Source: Daphnia carinata (taxonomy: Eukaryota). Taken from it: a DNA stretch of 64,000 bases. Within the stretch, counting starts at the first letter, position 1, and each line of letters opens with the position of its first letter. Shown piece by piece: positions 41,976-55,712 of the stretch. Made by a program: the position numbers and the translations under genes. Where the stretch lies: the NCBI RefSeq assembly GCF_022539665.2, contig NC_081331.1, positions 2,356,001 through 2,420,000 on the forward strand, written 5' to 3'. Under the pieces are notes generated by a model. The model saw only the letters and a list, made by a program, of their open reading frames with translations, did not search any database and was not told where the DNA came from.

Positions 41976-44900
41976 TTTAATTTTATTATTGTTATTATCT
42001 TTGAATTTTTCGTTTTTTGTCTGATACTAGATGGTCGTGCAACAAGACTGAGCACACGCAAGTGTAATGATGAGCAGGCGCGTCATAGGCGAACGTTAGC
42101 CAACGTTTACGAAGCTCTCAGTTAAGATGGCATGCGGTCAGCATCTACGGGTGGAGAGGTAGGGAAGTCCCGGAGCCAATCGAAAAGGCAATAATGTCTC
42201 CTCCCACATATGATCTGGGGAGTGGAATTAGCTTTTGAGGATGAGCATATGACTTCAAGCTATACTTCAAGTATCGCACTTTGTGACACAGTTGGAAATG
42301 GAAGCTATGTCATCTCAGATTTAGTTATTGCACTATGTAAGCTTTCAGTGTGGTCGTTACGAATTTATTTGCTTAACAGAATGTGCTTTTACTTAAATTC
42401 AAATCCCACAGGAGTAGTAGACTGCGAAACGATTTTTCATTTGGAAGCATTTGCAACGCCATCTATGTAAGGAGTAACAAATCATAACAAAAACTTCCCC
42501 GCCCTTTATGAAATCAAAATGGAGGCATTCACGTGAAGAAAAGTTAGAACTCTTGAAATATGTAAGGGGTTGAAATAGAATTTTATTCATCGTGACTACT
42601 CGAGAACAGGTAAATATACTGGCTAAACTTTAAAGAACAACCACGTTTCAACCGTCTCATGTTTAGTCTGCTAGTGCAAACCACGTTTACAGCGAAGAAT
42701 GAAGTGCAGTTTTGCATTGTGATTGTCAACAGCTTCAAAGTGTAATGCTAAAAAGACCTTTCATATTGAAAGCAGATAGTCCATTTTGGTAATTATGGTT
42801 TCATTGATTTAACAGCTTAGAGGGTAACTCATGATGGGAAATCTAAAAAATCAATGCATTGTAATATATAGTATCTTATAGAACAAACTTTACTTCTTAC
42901 ACTTTCTAGTGAAATAGATAAACATGCTGATGCACGATTTACCATAAATATGTGTTACCAGCACTTTCAGTTGCTAATTTGATGCTTTCGGATTAAGCTG
43001 TCATAGTACTTGCATTTTTCGTTGTGCTTCAATCTGTCACTGTACATTTTCTAAAAAGGAGCATGTTGTTACACAGTAGGAATTCTTATCTTTAGTCATA
43101 GAGAAACAAGAAGAAACCATATAATTAAACAAGAAGAATATATAGATAAGACAATAGATAAGATAAAATTTAAATGTTTTATTTCTTACTTAAAAAGGGA
43201 AACAGGAAGAGAAAGCTGAAAAAGAGCTTATATTGTCAATCGATTTCCGCCCCTTGGACTTGCGCACCGGTATCATACTCCTGCAAGCACGTTCGTATCC
43301 ATGTAGACGGCCAACTGGAGTTCTTGATGATTGCTGAACAGATCGGTAAGCTTTCGTTTTCTCTCTTCACCCTCTTACACTATTTGGCAGTGCGAATACC
43401 GTTTTTAAGAGCATAAATGGCTCTTAGTCAACAATAGGTATTGAAATCGTTACAGAATTCCTTTCTTGTCCAATAGAGGCGCCATGGCTACAGTTGATAT
43501 CGACCCGTTTCGGAGCTGAAACAAGTTCAATAAAGTCGCCAAGAAAGACCCCACCCGTCTTCACTGTGAAAAGCCTGTGAAAGAAGAAAATTTCAGTGGC
43601 TACTCTTGCTTTAAAAATTGGTACGTATCAAGTTATTCTCAAATTTAGTTCTTAATATTAGGATAACTACTGTAATCTTCTGCGGAGATTTCTAAATATG
43701 TTATTTTTATGACCCAATTAACTTTATGGTACAGCTCTATATAATTTTAGAAACCACTCTAGTATAACTTTACCAGTTTCAAAAGACAGTTGATCGCTCT
43801 GATATGATATTATTCCATTAGGAGCCGAGGGCACTAAAATTCTTTTAATAATAATGAAATGGATCTTGTATTTCGTCGTAGCTTTCGTGATAGTTGAGCA
43901 TGCGCTGTGCTTTCATCGAGTTAGTTGATTGTTTTTATTCGTCAGCTGGTGTTTGTTAAAGGCGCAGCTGGTAGTTTCTTTTCTACTTCTTTTACGTCTA
44001 CCTCGAACCAGCGTTTCTACACATCGCGAGCTCTTACCGGAGGTGACTATTCAGATAGCCCCTTGATCCATTCATCGCATCTTGATGCGTGACGAGTATC
44101 CTCTTAAGTCTTCCATCTATGCACACTCGTTAATGCCCTCCCCACTCGAAAAATATGAAAGAAGTGCTAGTCATACGATAAAGAACTTTACGAAGCCACG
44201 AAAAGTCCCATACGAGCTCTAGTGCTTCTGCGCACTAAGAAAAACAAGCGGATTTGGGGGGGGGGGGGTGGATCTTACCCACATTAACTGCTCACCTGTA
44301 CAAGTCAACTCTGAAAAACAGAAAATTCACGTCGCAGTTTGTCACAGATTAATTGACCGATTGGCTAGTTCAGTCACCACAATAGTCATCATTATGTGTA
44401 GCCGAAACGGCCTTTTTTTTTTTTATTATTGGCGATTATTTGTTGACACTCCCGTCGTCCTGGTCATGCGCGTAAAGTGTGAATTTTTTCCCCCCCTTTT
44501 CGATTGCAATTCAACGGACCGTAAACGATTGGATTGGTCCTGGTTATTTTTATGTATTTATGGCTGAAAAAAGCTGAAGATTTCTGGGGAATGTGCATGT
44601 GTGCGTACCGCCATATTACTCGACTCATTCAATCACGGAGACGTTTTTTGCTTTCTCGTAACCTGGCTTCTGCTTTTATGGGCAATTTGAGTCCAGGTGG
44701 AGGTTGAACGTCGGCTGAATTCGTTCCGCGTGAAAACGTCATCGACAAGGGTCGGCAAAGACGTCGGGCGGTGCCGTGAAGCGCAGGTGAGATTTCGCTC
44801 CAACTTTCTCACGCCTCATCAAAGAGGCAAAAACCGGCGAATTTCTGCTTCGTTTTTTTGCTTTTCTCCTTTACTATGTTCACTAGTTTCTTCCGTGAAA

Positions 44901-46621
44901 AGAGAGTATGGGGAGTAGGGAGGAAGGCCTTGTATGTCGTAAGAATTAGCACCGCCATGTATAATCGCTGTGCTGGCGTCGCCCGTATAATTATTCGCTC
45001 GCGCCTAATCCCCACTAGCCTAGCGTAATACTTCGTTGTTTTTTTTTTAGAGCTAAAACAGGCAAGAAAATGCAAGAGATTTTTTATTTTAAAGAGGGGG
45101 GGTTCGTGTGACTCGCAATTCTAAACAGGCATACATTTCCAAGTTGAACTGATGACCTGTTGTAGTGTAGATAGATAACGACGCTCTTATTTGTCCATTA
45201 AAAAACGTTCCAAATTGCTTCGCTGAACATCAAAGCTGTTTCACGCCTCGAGGACAACAGCGCACCGTGAAACCATCCCAGATCATGTTGCATTATCTAT
45301 TCCCTTGTTCTTGTTTAATATCTCCGTATTTTTTGTTTTTTAGCAAGCCGTGTTACAAGTCCGGTTTCTCTCTGTTCAGCCTCTGGGGGTCAAATGAATA
45401 TGCATTGTATATGTCAATGTTTGAGCGGGGCGTACATAACGAGTGTGTACAATAATATTTAAATTCCACGGTTCTAATGACACGCGGGCGGAACACTCCT
45501 GTCAACTACACGGGAAATTTTTGCCCCGCGATGAATACGATGATTATGTTGTTGTTGTTTTTACCAGCCGTTCCCTACACCCTTCTGGGTTTCTTCTTTT
45601 GGAAGATGATTACGTATGGCGTCATCCTTTGCTCATCAAAAAGGAGTCACCACGTCGTGATTGAACACACTGAATTGGTTTCCTTGAGTCTAAGATCACC
45701 GTGAAATGGCGATCCATATTCTTTTGGTTTACCCAATGACGTGGCTTTGACGCAAGGAGCCACGTGAAGTGAACTTTGATTGGCTAAGACTTGTTGTTGT
45801 TTGGAAACGCTGACCCGAATGAACCCCATCATGACCCCCCAAGAATTGCGCCGGAAACTGATGGATGAAAAGGAAAATCACGACAGTGATCCCTCTTTTT
45901 CTTTTTTTTTTTCCCCTTTCTTCCTTTTTATGTGCAGATTTGCTCCGGCACGTTTGCCAGAGACACTTCCTCGTTTACTTTTGAAAATGTGTTTTTTTAT
46001 TTTTCCATTGGGGAAGGTCACACGCACAAAATAGCGAAACTTGGGTTGGAGATGACCAAATCGGGATCGAAGTTGAATGCCTATGTTTTTATGTTATTGT
46101 TGTGTTTTTCCCTTTACATCGCTTTGTTTTCGAAAAAGACGTAAAATGGGTAGGCAAATCTATTATTAATCAGACCGAACATACTACAGTCCTTATGTTT
46201 GCCGAAGATGATAATCATGCCGCGTTATGCGAAGACTTTCGCCGACAATTTTTCTTCCCCGCCATTTTGTATAATTTGCTGGAAATTATTGTACACAAAG
46301 CAACCGTAAAGAAAACCTTTTTATCGTGTCGTGACGACTACCTAAAAGGAATAACGCAGTTGGTGTTGCGTTAGATTTGGTTCAAAGCGTTTCCTTTGTT
46401 TACTTACATCAAACGTTTGTATTTCTATAAAAGAAAACGACAATTGGCCTTACAGTGTAATGACTACCTGATTGAATAAGTGGGAAAACAATCGAGTTGA
46501 ACTGTGATTGATGTTTCATTCAGGTCAGAGGTGGGAAGAGCAAATTGACGCCAACGTTCAAGCTGCATCAACAAGCATAACGCAAAAAAAAAAAAGAAGC
46601 TTACGTGCAAGAAAAAAGACA

Positions 46622-49600
46622 ATGTCTTTCAGACGTCAGTACAAACAAGCTGGAACGGGTGAAACATCATCGCGATGGGCGTGGCCACCGGGAGTAGGAG
46701 GCGGCGGAGTTGGTGCGGCTGGCGGGCCCCGAGGCGGTAGTTTGAGCGCGCTGGACCTGCTGGATCGCTCAGCCGATGAGCCAGACGCTGGCTGGCCGCA
46801 GACGGAAGCGGAGCTGGCCAAGTTGTATCAGTCGACCATCATGGAACAACAACTGCGGCACTTGGAGCCGCTCCGCGAAGACTTGGCCGATTGGCTCAAC
46901 AAAATCCTCGGTGAGTTCAACCATCCATACAACATCATCACTTTTTCTTTTCTTCTCTATCTCTCCTTCCGTTTCTTCTTATCGTCCAAGACCCATTGTC
47001 GTTTGCTACATGTGTACATACTTTAGATACGCGGCAGCGTGACTTGAAAGTTCTTGAAGGCTCACGGTCGTTGCGCATATAAAAGAGCCAAAGATAGGGA
47101 TCCTTTTGCGTGCTAGTCTTAAGTCAGCGGGCGGCTATTTTCCCCTTTTTTTTTTTTTTTGTTGAATTTCATTTCAGATGGCAGTTGATTTGCACTTAAA
47201 TGTTTCTATGGCCTTTTCTGTGATAACAAAACACTACCAGCAAAGAGGTTAGAAGTACATCCGTAAATTTACAAAAGAAAAATCTTGGCGAAATTTCCAA
47301 GACGGACTAAAGAATTGTGATGGGAACAGTTCCAATAATCCATATCCTAGCTGTCTTTCCAGTTTTTTTTTTTTTTTTGTCTGACTGTTTTGGCAGATTC
47401 CCCTCTCAATCAAAAGCTTGGCTTTCGCTAGTCAGCCTCCATCACGTTGACCATCGATTGCGCAAAAAACACACAAAGATAAGCTCTCTGAAACATGGTT
47501 TATCATAGAAATGACCTTTGTCCATTCTAATCGCTGAACACATGTCATTCATTCAGCTTTTTTTTATCAAAATTTTTCCCCCCTCTCGGAACATAACATA
47601 GAAATATCAAAAATCATTCTAGCGTCGTGTGTATTATATACTCCCACGTACGAAACAACCTGTTGTCACGATCAACAGAAATATTCCTTTATGGTGTGTT
47701 TTTGAATTGAAAGCCTCTCTCGCAATTTCACGAAGGCCGGACCATGATTTGCCAGTTAACTTTATCGAAACTAGGGATAAAAGAAACGAGTACCGCCGCC
47801 ACATATTGAGACCATTTTTGACCAGTCGAGAAACATGGGTAGGGCATACCTTATTGTTGTTTGTTGCGGTCGTTGCATAGTAATAGCTCGGAAAAAAAAT
47901 TCATAGTATTTATCTCTATATGCACTGTTTGTTTGAAATGAGAAAAGAAAAATGCTTGTTCGAAAGGACGGTGGAGTGGATGCCGTTTTGAATGTGTAAT
48001 CCTTTCCATTTACAAGATGCGTGCACCGCATGTTTATTTTTTGTTGTTGCACTGTTCTGCTTTGTTCTCTCGGATGAAATTGCGGAACGACCTAGGTGTG
48101 CAAACGATGTACGCATCAAATTTGACGAATCAGAGTATCAATTTGTAGTTTATCCCCCTTTTTTTTTCTGTTCTCTCGCTTGGATCTGATATTTTTCTAA
48201 AGGCTATTTTATGATGTGGGAGTGTAAGCCAATGGGCGAACAGTCATTAACGGCGCTGTCCGTCCGCTGTCTGACTATCCTCCGGTTTTCGTAACAAGCG
48301 GGATTGAAAAAAAAAATGTTTTTGTGTATAACCGACGGCCATTCTGAAAATGGATTAGTGAACAAGCAGGGGGGGGGGGTTTGTTATAGCAAAAATAAGA
48401 TGGAGTTACTGGTTAGGAGGAGAACAGGCCGCTGGTTGTTTACGTGAAATCTTTAAGAAAAGGGGGGCGCTTTGAAATTTGATACTTACCAGCTGAACGT
48501 TTTGGGGGCGGATGGGGGTCGATCTGGGTTGCTGACTTTGAAAACTAGATAGACTTTTGGGTGTGGAGGTTCGCCTTTTTTTTTCTTCTGGCTGTCTGAA
48601 ACATTAAAAAAAAAGGACACATCCGCCAGGCGCGAAACGAGCACCCTGCGACCCATTCATCATCGACGTATATAGATGTACACAGCATTTACAGGATATA
48701 AGAATTGTAAACAACCAAGGCCACAAAGCGTAGCCATGTTATATAGAGGGGGGGGGGGGGGGAAACCGACAAGTCGGGAATATTACGTATTATTTACCTA
48801 AAGGAAAAAAGAAAAGACAAGAAGAAAGTTTCTGCTTTTACGATCGTCTCTTGTTTTTCTGTGTTCCCCAACCAGAGCCATGGGTGACCCCGCTGCGCAA
48901 GCGTCGGGATCGAGAAGAAAAGTCCCCCGGCCCTTCTTTCCAACTACCGACGTTATTATCATATCATTGCAACCACCAACTATAGAAGAGAGAGTAGGTC
49001 GAATAACAAAACAAAGAAAAAAAAACGCATATTGTTAAGACAACGATTGAAATTCATACCTGAAAAACGTACTTATCAGGTACCGAAAACACAACCGAGG
49101 ACTCGGATCCCCGGTCCTTTCCAAATATTGTTTGGCCTGCTAGGCTTTTTTTTCAGTTGATTAATCACGCACGAATCAAATTTATTTTGAGGAGGCTTCA
49201 AACCGTTTTTGACAACGATTTAGTGTCTTGTCTTCTGGCCCCCACCCGCAGCGCGTGAGCATACACATCCACGTCCCTTATAGGCTTCTTAAGAAGAAGG
49301 AAAAAAAAAAAGAAAATGAAAAGCAAACATACCACAAAATATGTGTCCATTACGACATACAGGATGTGTGTGTGTGTGTGTATTTTCATTGATTCAACTT
49401 CTTTTCGTTTTTTTTTGTGGGAAATTGTTTTCGTGTAAAGCGCTTGGCAATCTCTTTGCAAATGCTTCACGGCGTGTGAGATCAAACGTCTCCACCTTAT
49501 CAAGTTTTTTTTTGTTTTTTTTCACCCTCAAGAGAAGGTCGTCATCCCGCCCAAACAATTTTGGGCTCTTGTTTTACATGAAAATTGCTGGCTCTATTTT

Positions 49601-52600
49601 TGTTTTTGTTTTTCTTCTTTTAGTGTCAGAACTGATTGAGTCGTCAGAATAAGAAGCGTTTCTTTTTTCCTTTTTTAACACGCTAGACACTATCCATCAT
49701 CACAAAATATTATGATTGTAATGCGCAATCGGGAGATCGATTTTTTGTTTTTTAGGTTCGGCTGATCCCGGTGGGCTTCTCCTGTGTAAAGGGCGTGAAA
49801 TTGGATATACTGGCTCGCAAAGTAGAAGGAAATAATAGTAACAACAAGAGAGGCTATATCATTAAAAATAGGCAACAACAAGAATGTTCAAACATAAAAC
49901 GGAATAAAATATATATTTGAAAAAAAAAAAAACCAGGTTCGTATTGCTTGTTGGGAAACAGCTGTGTTTTTAAGTGCAAATATCCTGAACAGCAGCAACA
50001 AGCGGCGGCTGAATTATACCATTACACATCCAAGGTCTTATGCTAATTACAGCGTCGGCGCGTGCGTAAATCATTTCCGATAACGACCCAATCGTAAATC
50101 GGCACTGTGCCGCAACAACAATGCCAATCAATTCTTGGATTCTGCGTCCGCTCTTTCTTTTATTTTCTTTTACATTTTCGGTGGCTATTTCTTTCTTCTT
50201 ACCTAGTATGGTTTGCGGCTATGTTGGCATTTGTATTTTTGTACAAAGATAGTCAGTAGGTTAATTATCCCGTCTGTATGCACGATTGCGTGGTTGGCAT
50301 TATTAAAAATGTGCAAACCCGAAATAACAAGTTTTTTTTTCTTACTTGGATTTGCTCATTTCCTACCACTCGATTATTCGAAGATTGTATTTCGTAATCG
50401 CGCGAATTGTGCGACGTAATGACCGGCTGTTATTCATAAGTCACGTTCACGCGTTTTGCTGGCATTTCAAGGCTGAATTGAAAGTGAAGATGCAAAAAAA
50501 AAAAAAAATGAATGGCAAATGAAGGAAGTCATCGCAGAATAAAAGAATTCGGAATATATCCAAGGTTGATTAGCCGTCAGATTCAATATAAGCTCCTTAT
50601 CTGTTTACAATATTTTCTTTTTTCAATCTTATAGCTATTCCATAATCTTTTTTTTTTTTTTGGTATGTGTGTTTATGATTTTTAGAATTGGATTACCTGA
50701 CGTCGTCCAACTTTATGGATATGCTGGACACTGGCGTGCTGGTTTGCCACCTGGCGCGACGCATCCAAGGAATAGCCAAGGACGTTGTTACGAGTCGCTC
50801 GAGGGCTCTCTTCGGTGACGGTGTCGACGCTGCTACGAAATATGACGATGCTAGTACGGCCGCTCTCCTCAACGGCCCGCCGGATAACGTGAAACAGGCA
50901 CAACAATACCTCCAAGCGCTCCTTAGAAGTACCAATAATCAAGCAAATCTTCTAGCCGCTGCCAAGGTCTCATTCTTTTTTCTTCTTCTTTCGTGCCATC
51001 CGTACTTACCGTCAATAGATATAGTATCGTAAAATGAAAAGATACATTAAATATGACTAGCCCAAGTAGTTGTGTGGACCGGTAGGTTTTAGCCTTTTGG
51101 TGAAGAAAGCGAATAATACGAAATGGTTGGCCGTGGGGATGAATACGCAAGTAGGTAAAGTTTTTAAACAGGCAGAATGTGAAATGACCGTAGTAAACGA
51201 ATCCGTTTTTAGAGAAAAAGAAGCCATATTTACAAATGAAACAAAACGTCGTCTTATCGAAAATGTAGCCTACGTTATATTTGTGTTTGTTCGCACTTTG
51301 AAAGTTTGATAAGACGGATGTATTTGACACTTTTTTTTTCCCGCGAAATGGGAACTCGGTTCTTTTACTACCTTGAATTGATCAATGACTTGGATTTGTT
51401 CCTAGTTGTCTGGTTCAAAAAAAAAAAGAGAAAAGAAATGAGAAAGGCCATTTCTCTTTTGAGTGTACGCAGTTTGTTCTCTTTCTGTGTATCTTTCCAA
51501 CTTTTTAAAATAATAGTTTGATGCCGAATATGGTCCTCCGCTTGGCTTTCTTAGTATCTTGAAGCCAAACCACATCCAGCTGAGTGATTTTCCCCGTGTA
51601 CGCATTTATTCTTGTATTTGCGCCTCGTCTTATTGGATGACTAATGTTTGACTCGGTTTTCCAAGATGATACGAGAACTACCGCAGATTAATCATGTAAC
51701 TTTTCTCTCAACCTTCAAGGCTGCCATTATGATTAGAATGGTAAAATGATGAGGGCAGTCGAGGGGCGAAAACAGTTTACAGGAATGGAAACCAATAGCA
51801 CCGTGAAATGGGAAAATGGAATAAGCCGGTTTTTTTTTTTTTTTTTTTTTTTTGATGTTGTAAATTATAGACTTGTGTCTAAATAAGCAGAATGATTGAG
51901 CCAAAGCTAGTCATGTTGATTAATAAGATTCTTCGTGTAAATCTCTTGTCGCCATTGCTATTAAACTATTCTCGTTTCTATTACATAACAGGCTGTGCCG
52001 CAAGGGCGGATCCGGTGCTGGGAAAGAGCGGCCAAGGGCAGCTTCTTCTCGCGCGAAAATGCCTGCAATTTTTTGAACTTTTGCCGACAGCTGGGCATCC
52101 ACGAGAACCTCCTCTTTGAGAGCGAAGATTTAGGTAAGTGCTTTTTTTCTGAATTATTTATTTTTCTTTCCCCGTTTGTGATTAATTCCATTGGAAAAAC
52201 TGACGTGCTGTGCCTGTAAATATTATTTTTTTTTTTTTTTTTTTGCGTGTGGGCCCATCCCGAATGGATAAGAAAGGAGTGCGCTATTATCTTCAGTCCT
52301 CTCTTTAAAAAAAAAAAAAACACAGATTTTTTATTGTATGGAAACGTCCGGTTCTTCAAAGAAGGACCGCTCGTTTTGATAGCAATAGGAGGTGGAAGCT
52401 AATGGACCGAACCCATCCGATCCATTGTTCGAGGAACATGGGGACGACGGGAAGCTCGTTACCATTTCCTCTGCTTTTATCAGAAAGAATAAAGAACTCA
52501 AGATTCAATAGCATAAATGATGACAGCGATATTTAAATGGCAAAAAAATGGATCCGCGCACGCCACTGTGCCACTGGCACGTGCCTAGCGGAACAATGGC

Positions 52601-55600
52601 AGTTTCGCTCATCATTTCTTCACTAACGCAAGTTTGAGGGGGGAAAGAGGAAAAAGGGCAAGACAATCACGCGTTTTTTTTAATGGGCTATAAATACCTT
52701 TTTATGGAATACTTCAACAGTTTTTTTTTTTTTGCAGCAAAAACCCACCATTATTTTTTTTAGTTGTCCAGGTAGATTTTCCCCACCTCCCTCCGCCCTT
52801 TCGTGGGGCTTTATACAATATAGACGCTATAGGCAGAGTAGACTGTTATCCATATCCGGAGCGAATGTGATTTGTGTAGTCTCCCGTTATATCTTATTAT
52901 TTTGTGTGTGTTTCCTTCATCGGCTTGAAAACTCGTCAAGTTCCTTTCTAAAAAAGGCAAAAAAGAAAACAAAAAAAATAAGGATAAGATTAAGATGAAG
53001 TCCCAGATTCTCTTAAATTCTTTCATGCGTGCTAGTGCCGTGATGTGTTGTTTAGTTTGTTCACGACACACAAAAACTTTTGAGGGAAAGAGAGAGAACA
53101 TCATCATGACTGAAGGCGTGGGGGAGGTTGGCTGACGTTGCTCTGTAGAGATAGATGGAGGCTCGTCTTTTTACCTTCTTTTTTTTCTCTTGAAAACGTC
53201 AATATCGTTGTTGGTTGGTTGGCCAGGATTGCGTGAGTCGACTTCTACCTGATGTTATGCTGTGTTTTGTTGTTTGTTTTCTCTCTTGCTTTGATGAAGC
53301 ATTGAAATTCCGCTTTGCTCCCCACGCCAAAAGATTTACGTATCCCGCGTTTTGGCGCGATTGTCGTCAGGTGTCGAGAGATGGAATCTCTTTATCTACC
53401 TTCATCACTTCATCGCTCGCACGTATATGTAATACTAGAATCGACCCAAGTATTTTTTGTTTTCTTTTATTCATGCACCACCGCCCAGCTAAGGCGCTGA
53501 AGATCCATCGCCTTATAAGCCGGATGGACAGCAGACATTAAAAAATGTTAAAAAAAACTCAGCACATAGTCTGTTGTGTGCTGGAATTGGAAATGAATTC
53601 GACGGGCGCAGACAGCTCTCTCTCTCTCTCTTGTTCAACTTTCTCGGCAACTCCGAAATGGATCAATGTCGACGAGCCAATCGGCAAGGCATTAGCATAG
53701 TTTTTGCACGGCGCATTGAAACTCCAACTCAATGATTATCATTCTGGCATAACTGTTTATGCTCGACTGTGAGAGTGTGGGAGCGAGAAAGACGGAGAAA
53801 AATTTTCATTCGTATGACTGATGACTGCAGCCGAGTGTGTAGCTGTTTTAGGATAGATATCTACTCTCACCCTATGTTAGCTGTAAGGCGGATTCTGAGC
53901 TGTAACGATGATGGATGATTGTTGCGTGTTATGCAAGATGAATTAAAGACGTGTTTCTTTTTTGTTTTTGTTTTTATGGTGATTGTTGTCTGCGCGTGCT
54001 TGTATAGTGTTGCACGGACAACCGAGGAATGTGATCCTGTGTCTACTGGAGCTGGGCAGAGTGGCCGGCCGGCTGGGCATGGAGCCACCGGGACTGGTGC
54101 AGCTGGAACGCGAAGTCGACCTGCAGATCGAACGGTACCAATGCGGTCTGGATCAGATGACAGCCGATCTCCTTCTCCTACGTGATGATGATGACAATGA
54201 TCACGCTCATAATGATCATAATAACCATTCCGTTCCTCAAACCACCAACGAACCTTTAACCCCCTCTGATGAAAGCAAGGCCGTCGATGAGCCGTCAAAC
54301 AACGACGTGATGGGCCACGAACACGAGGCCGGACAAATACCTGTAGCTCACCTCAACAGGTCCGTTTCTTCTTCTTCTTCTATTTCTACGTCTTCTCTTA
54401 TTTTCCATTGGCTTTTGCTTGGCGGTGGATGACGTTTCACGCATTCATTTGTTTCTGTTTTTTTTTATAATGGCTTCCCACACGCGTGCCACTCAAAAAA
54501 AAAAAAACAAACAAAAAAACAAACGAAGTACGCCTCCCTACAGCCGGCCTAAATTTCCTCTAATCTTCTAAAACATTTACCTTCAATTACCTAATTCATT
54601 GGGTACTCATACAATACGTGAAACGGGCCTTTTTAATTATTAAACCGCAGAGATTTAATTACCAGCTGTTGATTACTAGATAAATGAGAAGTCACGCTGA
54701 CTCGAAATAAAAACAAAAACAACAACAAAAACACTAAAATCGGACCTGTTCACCAACACTAGCAGATCTCTAACGTACTCGGTGAATGCCAAAATGGATG
54801 ACCAAGACCCATCATTACTAACCCGGTGTGGGTCGCCAACCAGTGACGAATACCTTCCTTCACTACTTCCGGTAGCGCCGACCGATGACAAATTGGCCTG
54901 TCGTTCTCCCGTCTCACCATCTCCGTCCATTACCTCAACCACTTCTACCGCCACGACTAACGCCAGCAAAACTCCTGTGATTGTTTGCAGACAAGCCGAT
55001 GAGGTGAGTTCATCTCCTTCTTCCCCGACCAACAGCTACGGCAGATTGCCCTTCAGCCGGCCCATCAAAAATCCATCCGAATTAGACAAAAAGGTCAGAG
55101 TCGTCGAAAAACAATCCAGCTGAACACAACACATTCGTAGAAAAGCTTCCATATTTACGCACAGCAATTATAGTGGCTTTTCTTGTGTGGATGGTTTTTG
55201 CGAGACCATTCCGAGCTTTTCCTTTTTTAGAACAGCATTTGATCTGCTGGTCGCTTCCCTAATGAAATTTGTAACTTGATTGTTTTTTGTTTCTCTAATC
55301 GACCACCTTTGTGTTTTCTTTGGTTTGAACAGGTGGAACATTTTTTATTAAAATCGCAAGCCGAATGCCGTTGTGCGGAAAAGTATTGTGATCGTCTCAA
55401 GATTTATAAAATATCCGAAGGACTTTATCGAATCGGAGACCGGAACGTCTTCATCCGCGTATGACATTTATTTTTTTCTAAATAAATTCTTGCGCCCACA
55501 GCTGTTTTTATTTTAAGGCTAATTTTTACGTTTGTTTTCTCTTGTTTCTGCTTCACTTGTTCCTGTAGCTATTCAAGGATCGTCACGTCATGGTTCGCGT

Positions 55601-55680
55601 CGGAGGAGGATGGTATGACATTACCGTTAATACAAACGTATTAGATTTATTGCATACATTTATTTGCTCCACGTCGATTG

Positions 55681-55712
<32 letters not shown>

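Noticed and set aside
45477..45704. Hydrophobic 75-aa small ORF
   Set aside because: The hydrophobicity is explained by T-rich non-coding sequence, and there is no other support.
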